Shown here: one piece after another, positions 13,901 through 26,455 of the stretch
Position numbering within the stretch: position 1 is the first letter of the stretch
Layout: each line of letters starts with the position of its first letter
DNA from: the human T2T-CHM13v2.0 reference genome, Homo sapiens
DNA length: 64,000 nucleotides
Assembly: GCF_009914755.1 (NCBI RefSeq)
Contig: NC_060936.1
Strand: one strand, 5' to 3'
Position numbers and translations under genes: made by a program
The notes under the pieces: generated by a model
Database searches by the model: none
What the model was told of the DNA's origin: nothing
Seen by the model: only the letters and a program-made list of their open reading frames with translations

Positions 13901-14168
13901 AACCGGCTCTAGCTACTGAGCATGCTCAGTGTCACTTAGAAACCCACAGAAGTTTCAGAATATACATCACTTCGGTAAGATTTCAGTAGATACCGCAAAC
14001 AGAAGAGCAAGCAGAAAGGGAGATTTCCAAGCGAACAAAACCGGCCCTAGCTACTGAGCATGCTCAATGTCACTTAGAAACCCGCAGAAGTTTCAGAATA
14101 TACATCACTTCGGTAAGATTTCAGCAGCTACCGCAAACAGAAGAGCAAGCAGAAAGGGAGATTTGCAA
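13893..14168 (+). repeat. 138-bp tandem duplication (2 copies: 13893-14030, 14031-14168)
   Basis: GCGAACAAAACCGG...GCAGAAAGGGAGATTT repeated; 6 substitutions counted between the copies. Confidence 0.95.
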
Positions 14169-14957
14169 GAGTTTTAATGAGACGAGGAGGGAGAAGGAAC
14201 CACGAAAATGAGGGAGGAGGGACAAGAGGATCAACATAAAATGAATATGAAAAGGATATGGAATGAATCTGAAACGGATCAGAAAAGAAAGTGACAAGTG
14301 GGAGGGACACCGGAGAATGCCAAATATCAAATACACTTGGATCTGTTTTTCACAGATCCCCCCGGCTTTTTTGGGGGTCTGATTTCACAAAAGGTCTCAG
14401 AACCTAATAGACAAGTTGTAATCGAGGGTTTCCCTTGTAAATAAATAGGATAAAAGTCTTCCGTGTTACAGAAAATAATTATTTGCTATGCCTCTAGCCA
14501 TTCTCCCTTTTTCCTCTGCATCCTACTTGTCCTTATGCTAAAAATCTTCCAGCCCCATAACTGGAGATCTGATGTACTCATATTTATTTACAAGGTGACG
14601 ACTATTAAATAAATGAGAGCAATGTTTCATGTTTACTACTCCCATGTGTTAGGTAGTTTTTACTTGGAGTGGGGTAGCACTTATAGTGAAAGTTTAACCA
14701 TTTGGGAATTCAGCTGGTGTTGGATGGTGGAAATAGCTTCTCTAGGACCTTACTTCATTTTTCAAGAATGCTTTGTCTTTTGCAGGTTTCTGCTTTGTTT
14801 GTTTTGTTTAGCTGTAGAGATAATCTACTGGCTACTTCCTATTTCCATTTGGTTATTTGATAAAAACTAAGAGTCTTAAAATTCTTCACATCCATAATGG
14901 AGGATTTAAATTGTTCAACAGTCAAGGACAATTCTGCATATTTTTGAAAATGTAAAA

Positions 14958-14960
<3 letters not shown>

Positions 14961-14992
<32 letters not shown>

Positions 14993-15262
14993 AGACAGAG
15001 TCTCTCTCTGTCACCCAGGCTGGAGTGCAGTGGCACGATCTCAGCTCACTGCAGCCTCCGCCTCCCAGGTTGGTGCCTCAGCAGCCCGAGTAGCTGGGAT
15101 TACGAGGGTGCGCCTACCATACTTGGCTAATTTCTGTAGTTTTAGTAGAGATGGGTTTTGCCATGTTTGCCAGGCTGGTCTCAACCTCCTGGCCTCAAGT
15201 GATCCACCTGCCTTAGCCTCCCAAAGTGCTCGGATTATAGACGTGGGCCACCACGCCCAGCC
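14961..15262 (-). mobile_element. Alu (S/J-type, small internal deletion)
   Basis: T29 tail then GAGACAGAGTCTC...CCACGCCCAGCC. Confidence 0.95.
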
Positions 15263-15344
15263 AAGAGCATTTTTTAAGTCAGGGCTGAGTATATTTTTGG
15301 ATATGGAAAAACCATTTTTTTTGCTCTTCACTGTCCCCGCCCCC

Positions 15345-15510
15345 CATCTCATTAAAATTCTCGGAAATCTCCCTTTCTGCTTGCTCTTCTGCTTGTGGTA
15401 TCTACTGAAATCTTACAAAAGTGATATATATTCTGAAACTTCTGGGGATTTCTAAGTGACACTGAGTATGCTCAGTAGCTACAGCCAGTTTTGTTCACCA
15501 GCAGCTGGCC
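15345..15510 (-). repeat. Inverted, more diverged third copy of the ABCD2 promoter unit
   Basis: Reverse complement GGCCAGCTGCTGGTGAACAAAACTGG...GGGAGATTTCCGAGAATTTTAATGAGA aligns to 13881-14030 plus the flank after 14168. Confidence 0.93.
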
Positions 15511-15572
15511 CCCAACATACATACACATTTCCAGTCAATTAAAAGCTTAGGAAAATATGCATCAAGCTAGAA

Positions 15573-15877
15573 CAGAAGTTGGCAAATTACAACTGGTGGG
15601 CCAAATCTAGCCTGCCACTTAATTTTATATGACCCTTAAGCTAGGAATGATTTTTACATTTTTAAAGTGGTTGAAAATACTTCAAAACAAGAATATTTTG
15701 TCCTGTGAAAATTATATAAAATTCTCATTTTTGTGTTTATAAATAAAGTTTTATTGGAAAACAGTCACACCCATTCATTTACTCTCTGTCTATGGCTTCT
15801 TTCAAGCCACAGTGGTGGATGCAACAAAGACTAAAATATGTACTATTTGGCCCTTTATAGAAGTTTGCAAACCTCTG
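15573..15877 (+). mobile_element. MER58-type hAT-Charlie MITE
   Basis: TIRs CAGAAGTTGGCAAA / TTTGCAAACCTCTG; 8-bp TSD AGCTAGAA/TGCTAGAA; AATAAAGTTTTATTGGAA core. Confidence 0.85.
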
Positions 15878-16947
15878 TGCTAGAATATAAAACCCATCTC
15901 AGCATTAAATGATCTTCATTACTGAGTTTATCACAAAGAACTATCCTCACTTTCATAAGTAACCATATTCTTAAAATTTTAAAACTTCTTTCTTATGTAC
16001 TCATATTAATTCTGACAATCATCACATATCTCTTCATTTGTTTGCATTCAATTCAGCAGACTGACTGACACATGAGTGTCAAACTCATGCAAGTTTTTTT
16101 GATAGCTGGCCATATTAGTAGCATAATCCATCATCCCATTAAGACTTTTTAAGCCTGTATGTACAGATAATAGTGGTCATGGAAGTTATTGCCAAAATCT
16201 TTTATTCCTAAGCTCTTGCTTTTGTTGTATGCAAGATAAGGTTGCCTTTCATTTATGTCACATCTCCTAACAGCTACACACAAAAGGGTTAGCAGTGACA
16301 GGACAGGTTAAAGGCCAGAGTAAACCTAACTGGGGGTGATGGCAGGATGTTGTTAGGCAGAACATGGTACACAGAAGGATGCAGACAGCAGCTGGCAGTC
16401 GAGGCAAGTGGTTTGCAATACATACAACCAGAGACAGCCATATTAGGGGAGGAGCATGGCAGTGAGAACTCTAGAAGCAAAGGACACTAGAGATTCAAAT
16501 AGGACTTAGCTGGAGGTAGGTCAGTTTACCAACTGATAATGAGGTTATAGTGCAGGAACAAGCTTTCAGCATCTGGAGTGAGAGACTTGTGAGAATGAAG
16601 AATTATTTATGAGGAAAATGATCAAGACAGAAATTTTGTTACCTGAATCGTGGTACAAGGAAGGTTGAAAGTGAGTTACTTGAAGTGTGGAAAATGTCAA
16701 CGTGAAATTTGATTTGATATTGAGCCACTTAGGTGAAGACCTAACTCTAACCACTTAAATTTCACTCCCACCATTCACCTCTCCCTGCTCTCAAGGGTAA
16801 GAGTTGGTCCTAGTGTCTGAGACTAGACACAAGCCTTCAGATAAGGCAGAGGAAGGATTCAAGAAGACAGGAAGCCATATGGACAATTAGGTCAATAATA
16901 TATGGCATTTAAGTAAAAAACTAAGAATGTCAAGGTACTTCTTTCAG

Positions 16948-17270
16948 TTTTTTCTTTTTCTTTTCTTTCTTTCTTTCTTTTTTTGAGGGGGATGGAGCCT
17001 CACTCTGTTGCCCAGGCTGGAGTGCAATGGCACAATCTAGGCTCACTGCCACCTCTGCCTCCCAGGTTCAAGTGATTCTCCTGCCTCAGTCTCTCAAGTA
17101 GCTGGGACTGCAGGTGCCCACCACCACGCCCAGCTAATTTTTGTATTTTTAGTAGAGATGAGGTTTTGCTACGTTGGTCAGGCTGGTCTCGAACTCCTGA
17201 CCTCAGGTGATCCACCCCCGTCGGCCTCCCAAAGTGCTGGGATCACAGGCGTGAGCCACCGCGCCCGGCC
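16948..17270 (-). mobile_element. AluSx-like
   Basis: Full dimer, (TTTC)n tail, TSD CTTCTTTCAGTTTTTT. Confidence 0.95.
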
Positions 17271-18249
17271 TTCTTTCAGTTTTTTTCTATTGACAGTATG
17301 CAATTAAAGCTAAGAGACTGTTAATTTAGTTTGAATTCCAAACTAGGAAAGAGGAGAAAAAAATCTTTGTTACTGTAGTAAAAAACATACTTAGGCCTAA
17401 TTTCCACACAAACGTCTCAACTTCAAGTGTGTTTATATGGGAGATTATTAAAATTTTCTTAAGAGGGGAGAAATCTTCTTAGAAAAGATCTTGAGAAACA
17501 ATGAGAATAATTTTTAAAATCAATAATTCTCAAATCACTGTGCTCTCAAGTGTGATATTCTCATGTACCCTACCAATATCCATGAAAGAAATGGATTAAA
17601 TGGAGTTTATATATATAGAATACAAATTAGAGACTATATATGTTTTATGAACTGTAAAACATCAGAAATTTTTTTGTAATAAAGAGAATTATATATATGT
17701 ATATACATAAATGTATGTATAATGTATATTGTATATGTGTTGCATGTTCAGATTATGAATATCCAGAAAGTAAATAATTTTTAGAAATAGGTAAAGATAA
17801 ATTGTTTAAGGTTTGAGAATTTCGAATGGATTTCCTTTTCAACAAATGCTTAATAGTATTTCATCTGTGCTGTATTGCTTTCTTGAACTGTTTCCTGATC
17901 CAAGAGATTACCTAATTGCTCTACTGGCCCTAAAATAGCACAGCATTGGACTCTCTTATTATCTATCAGTCATGCTAGTCTTACTCATGGAGGCATAAAC
18001 AGCACTGAAAATGAGATTTTAGGTCAACATTTCAGCTATTACACATAACTACCTAATACCTAGTTCATAAGGAAATGTCTTTTTCTGTGAAGGAAAACCC
18101 AGTAAATATCTTGTCTGAACATGTATCTCATAGGTTAATCTTTCCTTAGCCTAATTCACTGCCTCCCTGTGACTGGAAGGAAAGAAGTGACTCTAGTAAG
18201 GGGGAAGAGATGGCCCATCCAGCTCTCAGTTCTTATTAAAATTTTTATG

Positions 18250-18630
18250 TATTTTTCTTTTTAATTTTAATGGGTATATAGTAGGTGAATATGTTTATGG
18301 GGTACATGAAATATTTTGATACAGGCATAAGATGTATAATAATCTTTCAAGGTAAATGAAGTATCCATCACTTCAGGCATTTATTATTTCTTTGTGTTAT
18401 AAACATTCCAATTATTCTCTTTTGGTTAGTTTAAAATGTATAATAAATGTTAACTGTAATCATCCTGTTGTGCTATCAAAACTAGATGTTATTCATTCTA
18501 TCTAAATATATTTTTCTACCCATTAACCATTCCCACTTCCCCATCCCCCACTGCCAGCCTCTGGTAACCATCACTCTAGTCTCTATCTCCGTTAGTTCAA
18601 TTGTTTTAATTTTTGGCTCCCACAAATGGA
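18250..18630 (-). mobile_element. L1MA 3'-end fragment
   Basis: TTTATGGGGTACATGAAATATTTTGATACAGGCATA...CAGCCTCTGGTAACCATC. Confidence 0.8.
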
Positions 18631-19300
18631 GTGCCAGCTCTTAGTTCTTTACCCAACAACTTGGTCAACCTCTCCTTATGTCCCTTTACTCACAATAAAG
18701 AAAAAAAGAGTTAATCCCTTAGCAAATTATTTCCCCTTTCAGTTAATTTAGTCAATATGTTTTAAAATGTTGAAAGTAGGAAAGGCTGATACACAGGGCC
18801 ATTGCTTCTTCCTTGCCTGTATGGTTTTGTTACTGAAAAAACAACTCCATGTCAAAGTCTGATATTCTCGGAAATGCTGAATTCACTTGGTCTAATTCAA
18901 TTTTAGATACACCTTGGTGAATTTTGTCATAAAAAACAGGATTTTTGTGATTAAACAAGATATCTACCCTGGGACATAATCCTATTCTAAGTACTATTTT
19001 CCAATGACTTAACAAAAAATCGATTATTATATATCAAATTGTGAAATCTTCCCCAGGTTATGTTCTGGAAAAAAACATGGCAATTTAAAAAAATGTAATT
19101 TGTGCATGTATTTGGAAGAAGAGATGCCTAGTTTCTAACCAAAATAATATAGGACAGTTTGTAAGATAATTGTTTTGTAAGGATATACAAACTTAATACA
19201 GAAACAAATAGCATAATTCAATTTTTGTTTTGAGATTTTTTTTTCAGTAAGGATTTTAACATCTTTGGACTTTTACATCTAATTAAGTTTTGATCAAGCT

Positions 19301-19607
19301 CTTTTTTTTCCTTTCTTTCTTTTTTTTTTTTTTTTAAGAGACAGAGTCTGCTCTGTCGCCCAGGCTGGAGTCTCTCGACTCACTGCAACCTCTGCCCTCC
19401 TGGGTTGAAGCAATTCTCCTGCCTCAGCCTCCTGAATAACTGGGGCTACAGGCGCGTCCCACCACGTCCCACTAATTTTTTGTATTTTTAGTAGAAACGG
19501 AGTTTCACCGTGTTAGCCAGGATGGTCTTGATCTGCTGACCTCGTGATCTGCCCACCTTGGCCTCCCAAAGTGCTGGGATTATAGGCGTGAGCCACTGCG
19601 CCCGGCC
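19301..19607 (-). mobile_element. AluS(c)-like
   Basis: T-rich tail; ACCGTGTTAGCCAGGATGGTC..CTGACCTCGTGATCTG. Confidence 0.93.
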
Positions 19608-19819
19608 TGATTTGAGCTCTCTTAGCAACTCAATGCACAGAATGGTAACTTACTACAGCGCTATGTTTCTTATAAACACCTGTTTACGGAGTATTAAAAC
19701 TGCACATGAAGGATATTTAAGGAATTTGGGTATGGGGTAATAAATGGGAAGGGAAACATCATTTTTAGGGTTAGCGATCCTTAACTGTGTCCTTGCCTTC
19801 TTTTTCTTTCTCAAGTCTG

Positions 19820-20209
19820 GTCTCTGACTCGAAAAAGACGTCAAAGACCTGTCAGAACTAGATAAAATTATGATGGAGGTGTTTTGAAACACTAATCCTG
19901 TGGCCCCTGTCAAAAATTTAGGCTTTCATTTATTTAGGCCTGCCTTGCCTCAGCGATTAAAACGATGTCAGCCAGGTCGGCTGCTTTGCCGCAGCGTCCC
20001 CTTGCGGCCCTATCAGGACCGGAAGGAACACGCAGAAGCCGCAGAGGCTGTTGGGAGGTTGGGCCTCAGGCGGTGGACCAGAAGGAGCTTACTCGGGCCC
20101 TGACGTTGTCAGGAGGCCCTGGGGGATCCTGCTGAAGCTGCGATTTGGCGCAGAGCTGAGATGTCTGAGCTCTAGACACAGGGACCTCAGTGTCAAAAGA
20201 TTTGGGAAG
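19820..20209 (+). promoter_or_regulatory. CpG-rich promoter/5'UTR of C12orf40: ETS CCGGAAG (20019-20025), E2F TTTGGCGC (20144-20151), CRE-like AGACGTCA (19836-19843) and TGACG (20101)
   Basis: Small CpG-enriched island directly upstream of coding exon 1; motifs read directly, function inferred. Confidence 0.65.
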
Positions 20210-20232
20210 ATGAATTGGGTCGGGGGGTCCCG
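20210..20232 (+). CDS. C12orf40: C12orf40/REDIC1 coding exon 1 (MNWVGGSR, 23 nt)
   Basis: ATG at 20210, donor CG|GTAAGT. N-terminus MNWVGGSRSRVLIKQERRKQKEYFEK recognised as C12orf40 (meiotic REDIC1), the known neighbour of ABCD2. Confidence 0.9.
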
Positions 20233-21606
20233 GTAAGTTGTGCAGCTGGAGTTTGAGGCTGGGACATTCATTCCTACGACTCCTCTTTCTAGTTCCTGGC
20301 GGAGAGGTCACAGCCTTAGCTGGAAAGAACTTGGTAGGAAAGGGTCTTTTTATTGTTATCCAAATCGGGTTGGAGACTCTAGAACCATATCTCTACTCCT
20401 CAGACAAAAGTAACTCAGCTTCTCCCCACTCACTGCCTTTACAAAGGCTTCACCTGTGGGGGCCACTGTGAGTAACCTTCCCTGCTGCCCCTCCTCCCCT
20501 TCTCCATGTCCTATGCTCTGTTACTGTAATGAGGCCTTTTAGCACCTGAGCCCTCCCCTACTGCCTTCTTTCCGTGTCTACACCTCTTTTAGGTTCTTCT
20601 GAGTTGATATATAGTCTTTGCATGAATTTGGAAATTGTGAAACAGCCCAGTCCCAGCTGCACTTAAATCAATGGCAGGGCACCAGTATCACCATAAATCC
20701 AAATTGTAGTTTGTATTTTAAGGGGAAGTAAAGTGAACCGTTTTTACTTGAATAACTTGAGCGAATTTGCCATTTATTTTGTATTTAGGATTGATCACAT
20801 AAAGCGTGATAGATTGAAAATTTAGTTTTATATAACCTATTCATTGTTATTGACCTTAAAGTCCAGCTGGGTGGAAATCATGTGGGCCTGTAATTTCATT
20901 TGATCAAAATTCTTGATGAGAAGAATTGTTTTGATTGAAACAAGAAGCCATTACATGTAATTTTTTTGTCACAAGTAGACCCAGGACAGTAATTATATGT
21001 TAGATTATAATGCGTTTGAATTCTAAAGAATTTATCGGAGGAAAGACAGCTTTTGTATTCACTAAGTATTGTAGCTATGCCTGATAATTTTAGCATGCAC
21101 TTTTATCCTGTTGAATATGCTAGCATTGTATTTTAGAAATTTACCTGAATTACTTCTGGCTAGTGTTCTGGCAGCAGACGTACTCTGGAGAAAAGTGAAA
21201 ATTTACTTACAGGCTTCAACAGGATTTAGTTGATACATGCTTATAATGTGATCTTTTTGAATTTAGTATTCTTTAAAATATTAAATAGGATTATATGAAA
21301 TAATTTTACAAATGCTTAGCACTATTAAAATGTAGATGTTGCTATTATTCTGTCATATATCACAAACTTTTATGGCTATTTTGGGAGTAATATTTTAGTT
21401 GCTACTGGGAGGATGCAAAAACAATATACTGCAGGAAACATGTAACCTAGGATTGTGTTTCTGAAAATGAGGTGTACTGCAGCACCTGGAGGTGCAGCAT
21501 CTGGAGATATTAGGTACCAGGGGGTTTAAGAAACATGGTTACATCTCCCCGAAGGATCAGTTTTAATCAGAGATTAGGAGAAAATATGTGTTTAAATTTA
21601 TACAAA

Positions 21607-22044
21607 CGTCGAAGTCAAAATAAAATGTAGAGACAAATCTCTAAATTTAACGTTTTATTTGGAAATGGCAGAATTGCAATTCAGGGCATACACAAAGTAT
21701 GTCTTTGGTATGTCTGAAGAACAAAGAAAAGGGTGGGGATTTTACAAAAAAAGAGAAATGTTACATATGGTTTTGAAAGAAAGTTCATTGACAGTAGTGA
21801 AGTTGTGAGAAGCTGGCAAGCTTTGACTGGTGGGTGATGGTGGTAGTTAAAATGACCTCCTGGAAGGTCATTTTAGTAGTTATTTGGTATAACTGGTCCT
21901 AGGCAGTTTCAGAAGCTTGGCTTGCAGAGAATCATGTTTTTGGAGCAATGCTATGTGCCCTGTGTGCTTTTGCCTCCTGACATCTCAACTCTGATGTGGT
22001 TGGACATCACAAGAATGACTCAATTTGTGTGATCAACTTTCACA
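21607..22044 (-). mobile_element. ERV1-class (MER4-group) solo LTR
   Basis: Minus strand begins TGTGAAAGTTGATCACACAAATTGAGTC, has AATAAA near the 3' end and ends TTTTGACTTCGAC; 4-bp TSD CAAA both sides. Confidence 0.75.
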
Positions 22045-22624
22045 CAAACATGGTTGCATTGTAGAGTGAAATGAAAAACTCTTGTGAAATGTTCAGATAA
22101 ACTGCAATTTTAAATAAATTTTATGTGGCGGGATAGGCTTCTTAGGGTAAAGCCCCAGATTGGTAATAAAAAAAAATGGGTGTCTCCATTTTCTATTTTC
22201 AGAACAGGCAAGGGTACACAAGATTAGTTGATCTTGGCACTCATAGTGTCCTAAAGGGCCTCAGTCTGAACTAGTGCTTTTAGTAACTAGTGGCAGCTGA
22301 TGGAGCTAATAGAATAGAAATTTTAATCTTTATCCCAAACCATGCTGGAGTTCTTTTTACCCCCCTCCATTGTTAGGGATGTTTTTGGCTGAACATTTTA
22401 AGAAGAACTGTTAGGAACTTAAAATATAGACAAGTGAAGTGATTGGAGAACAATTCCTTCAGAACAATTCCAGAGCCTTCAACAGAAAGTAATTCAGCAA
22501 ATATATTTTTTACCTGACTACCTGTTTAGGGAATTGGTAAGCTGTACAGGGGGATTCAGAAAAGAAAAATACATCTAGTCCACAAAAAGAACCTAGGAGA
22601 GAAAGTAGAGATTAAAATTAGGCA

Positions 22625-22860
22625 AATCACTATAATAATAGATATTTAAATAGGACTTAATATTGTCACAAGCACTGTTCTAAGTGCTTATTCATTTGCT
22701 CTTGAAAATGCTATGATTTATATACAAATATTATTCCCATTTTACTGATGGGGAAACTGAAGCATAGTTCATTAATGTTAAGTGACTTGACTAGAGGCAC
22801 CCAGCTAGTAAATGGCAGAGTTAGGATTTGAGTTGAGTGTGCTTGCCCTCCATCCTATGC
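22625..22860 (-). mobile_element. MIR SINE
   Basis: ATTCCCATTTTACTGATGGGGAAACTGAAGCA...CCAGCTAGTAAATGGCAGAGTTAGGATTTGA. Confidence 0.75.
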
Positions 22861-24739
22861 TGTATAGAAAGATGAGTGCCACAAATAAAGTAAATAAAAG
22901 TACCACAAAAAAGGGCTGTGGAAATTCAGAGAAATGAGAAACAGGAAGTTACACTAAGCCTTGAAGGACAGAAATAGTGCACAGAGCAAGCACCAAAGGG
23001 AAACAATCGAACACTGGTTCTTAAAAGTTAAAATGGAGGTGAAATAAATAATTGATCAAATTGGAGATCTAGCTTTCAGCAAGGCTTCTTAGGAAAGAGA
23101 AAGATGAGTTGGAAGGGAAGGTATTAAGGAACTTGAAAAATGTTAGTTTGCGATACTAGGTGAGTCTGCATTAAGACACTTAAACAGTTAATAAAGGGCT
23201 CTCTATATACTTTTTCTCAAGTGAATGAATGAAGCAAATTTATGTTTTAGTAATAGCAACCAGATTGCATACACTAATTTGAAGTAGATTGTTCTTGTAT
23301 ATTATAGAAACCTGATATAGTGAGTTTAATTGCAGAATCATTTGATAGCAATATCTTTACAGTTTTATAGTTGCAAAGATCTTTACAGCTTTTCTTATAT
23401 AAACCAAACTGGGCATTTGACCCTTTGCTGCTCTTCAATTTAGGGACTTTACCAGTCATATATAAAATGTCTTTTTGTAAAGGAAAGAGCCAGTGATTAG
23501 AAATAAGCTTCCCTTATTTTCCTTTTTTAGTTGCTTACTTAGTTTGGCTTTACTGTTTTGGTTTTGGCCATCTTTGCAAGATATCATAACAGTGCATTTC
23601 AAACCAGGGTCTCACTGAGGGCAAAGAGATTGATCTAAGAAATTAATTTACATGTATATGATAGTAGTTCCCAAACTACTGTCTCTTTGAGACTTGCTAA
23701 TCAATGATAATAGCAGGTTTTTCAATTTAATGGACTTTTTTCTTTTTTTCTGAAGTTATATCCTTGTTAAATTTTTTGATACTAAAATGCCCCCTTCTAT
23801 TTTTAATCCTTTTTTGACAAAATTAAAATATCAATCTATTGTCAGTCCCACCAGTTAAAAATTTTTTTTTACTTATCTGGGACTTAGTGACCTACACCTC
23901 TCACATTGGTTTCATATTTGCTGGAAGGCACCACGGAGACCCTGTATTTTTCTAATCAGGTTGAAGTGCAGATTTGAGAGACAACATATGTAAGCATTGA
24001 TTTGTTTTTAATTTTGAAAAGATTCTTTTATTTTCTTGTTTATTAATGACTAGTTTCACCAAATTCATACTTACCTCAGATATGAAGGTGGTAGTAAGAA
24101 AGGAGGAACATATAACCAGACTTTGGTCTGCAAAATGCTATTCAGAATCAGATCGGCTATAGATCTATAAATATACCACTATACATGCAGTATAAGATTT
24201 TTTTAAATTAGGGAGGTTTATTTTTATAATTCAGATTGGGGAATCAATCAATGTCATAAGAAAGGCCTAGGCAAAGTTCTGTTGGAATTTAGGTGAGGGA
24301 GAGGTTACCATTTGTAAATGTAGGCCTAGACCTAGTTCATCTAAGCAAGATATTATTGAGTGCTATGTACCAAGCACTGTGCCAGGTGTAAGTACAAAGT
24401 AACTGAAATTTAGTCTTTTTCTATAAGGTTGTAGTGTATTGGGGAAGAAAAGTATGACTTGCCATTAAGTTAGAAAATATTTAATGTCAGAGGCCAAAAT
24501 AGGATATAAAAAATAAATAATGTGAACCATAGTAGAACATAGGATAGGTTTAGCTGAGAGTTTGGCTACTCAGAGGCAAGGACAAAAGAAGGTTCGATGG
24601 AGAAAAACAAAACAGAAAAGCATTACCTAAATAGTTGGAGATAATGTCTGCATATGTCTGCTTGATGGTGAGTTTGTAAGCTAGACAAAGAAGTTGAAAA
24701 TTTATTCTTCGTCTGTTAAATGTGGGTAATACTTAAACG

Positions 24740-25900
<1,161 letters not shown>

Positions 25901-25954
25901 TTTACATATATATGTGTAAATTTGTATATATATATATATATAATGTTAACTTGA

Positions 25955-26272
<318 letters not shown>

Positions 26273-26455
26273 AGAAATAAGTTTATTTTTGAAAATGGTT
26301 TTTGTATAAAATATTTTAGAGATTGACAACGTAGTAAAACCAATATTTTTGTCCACAAATAACATTTTAAATGTGTATATATTTATATACACATATATGT
26401 ATATATGTATGTATGCATGCATGTATATATACATTCACATTTGTACATACATATA

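Noticed and set aside
13893-14168. Tandem repeats (also 47715-48157 and 53809-53860) as CRISPR-like arrays
   Set aside because: No unique spacers, no cas genes, mammalian context.
15345-15510. Inverted promoter copies as the terminal inverted repeats of a DNA transposon
   Set aside because: No TSD at the outer ends, no transposase-like interior, and one end cuts through the DR-4 element.
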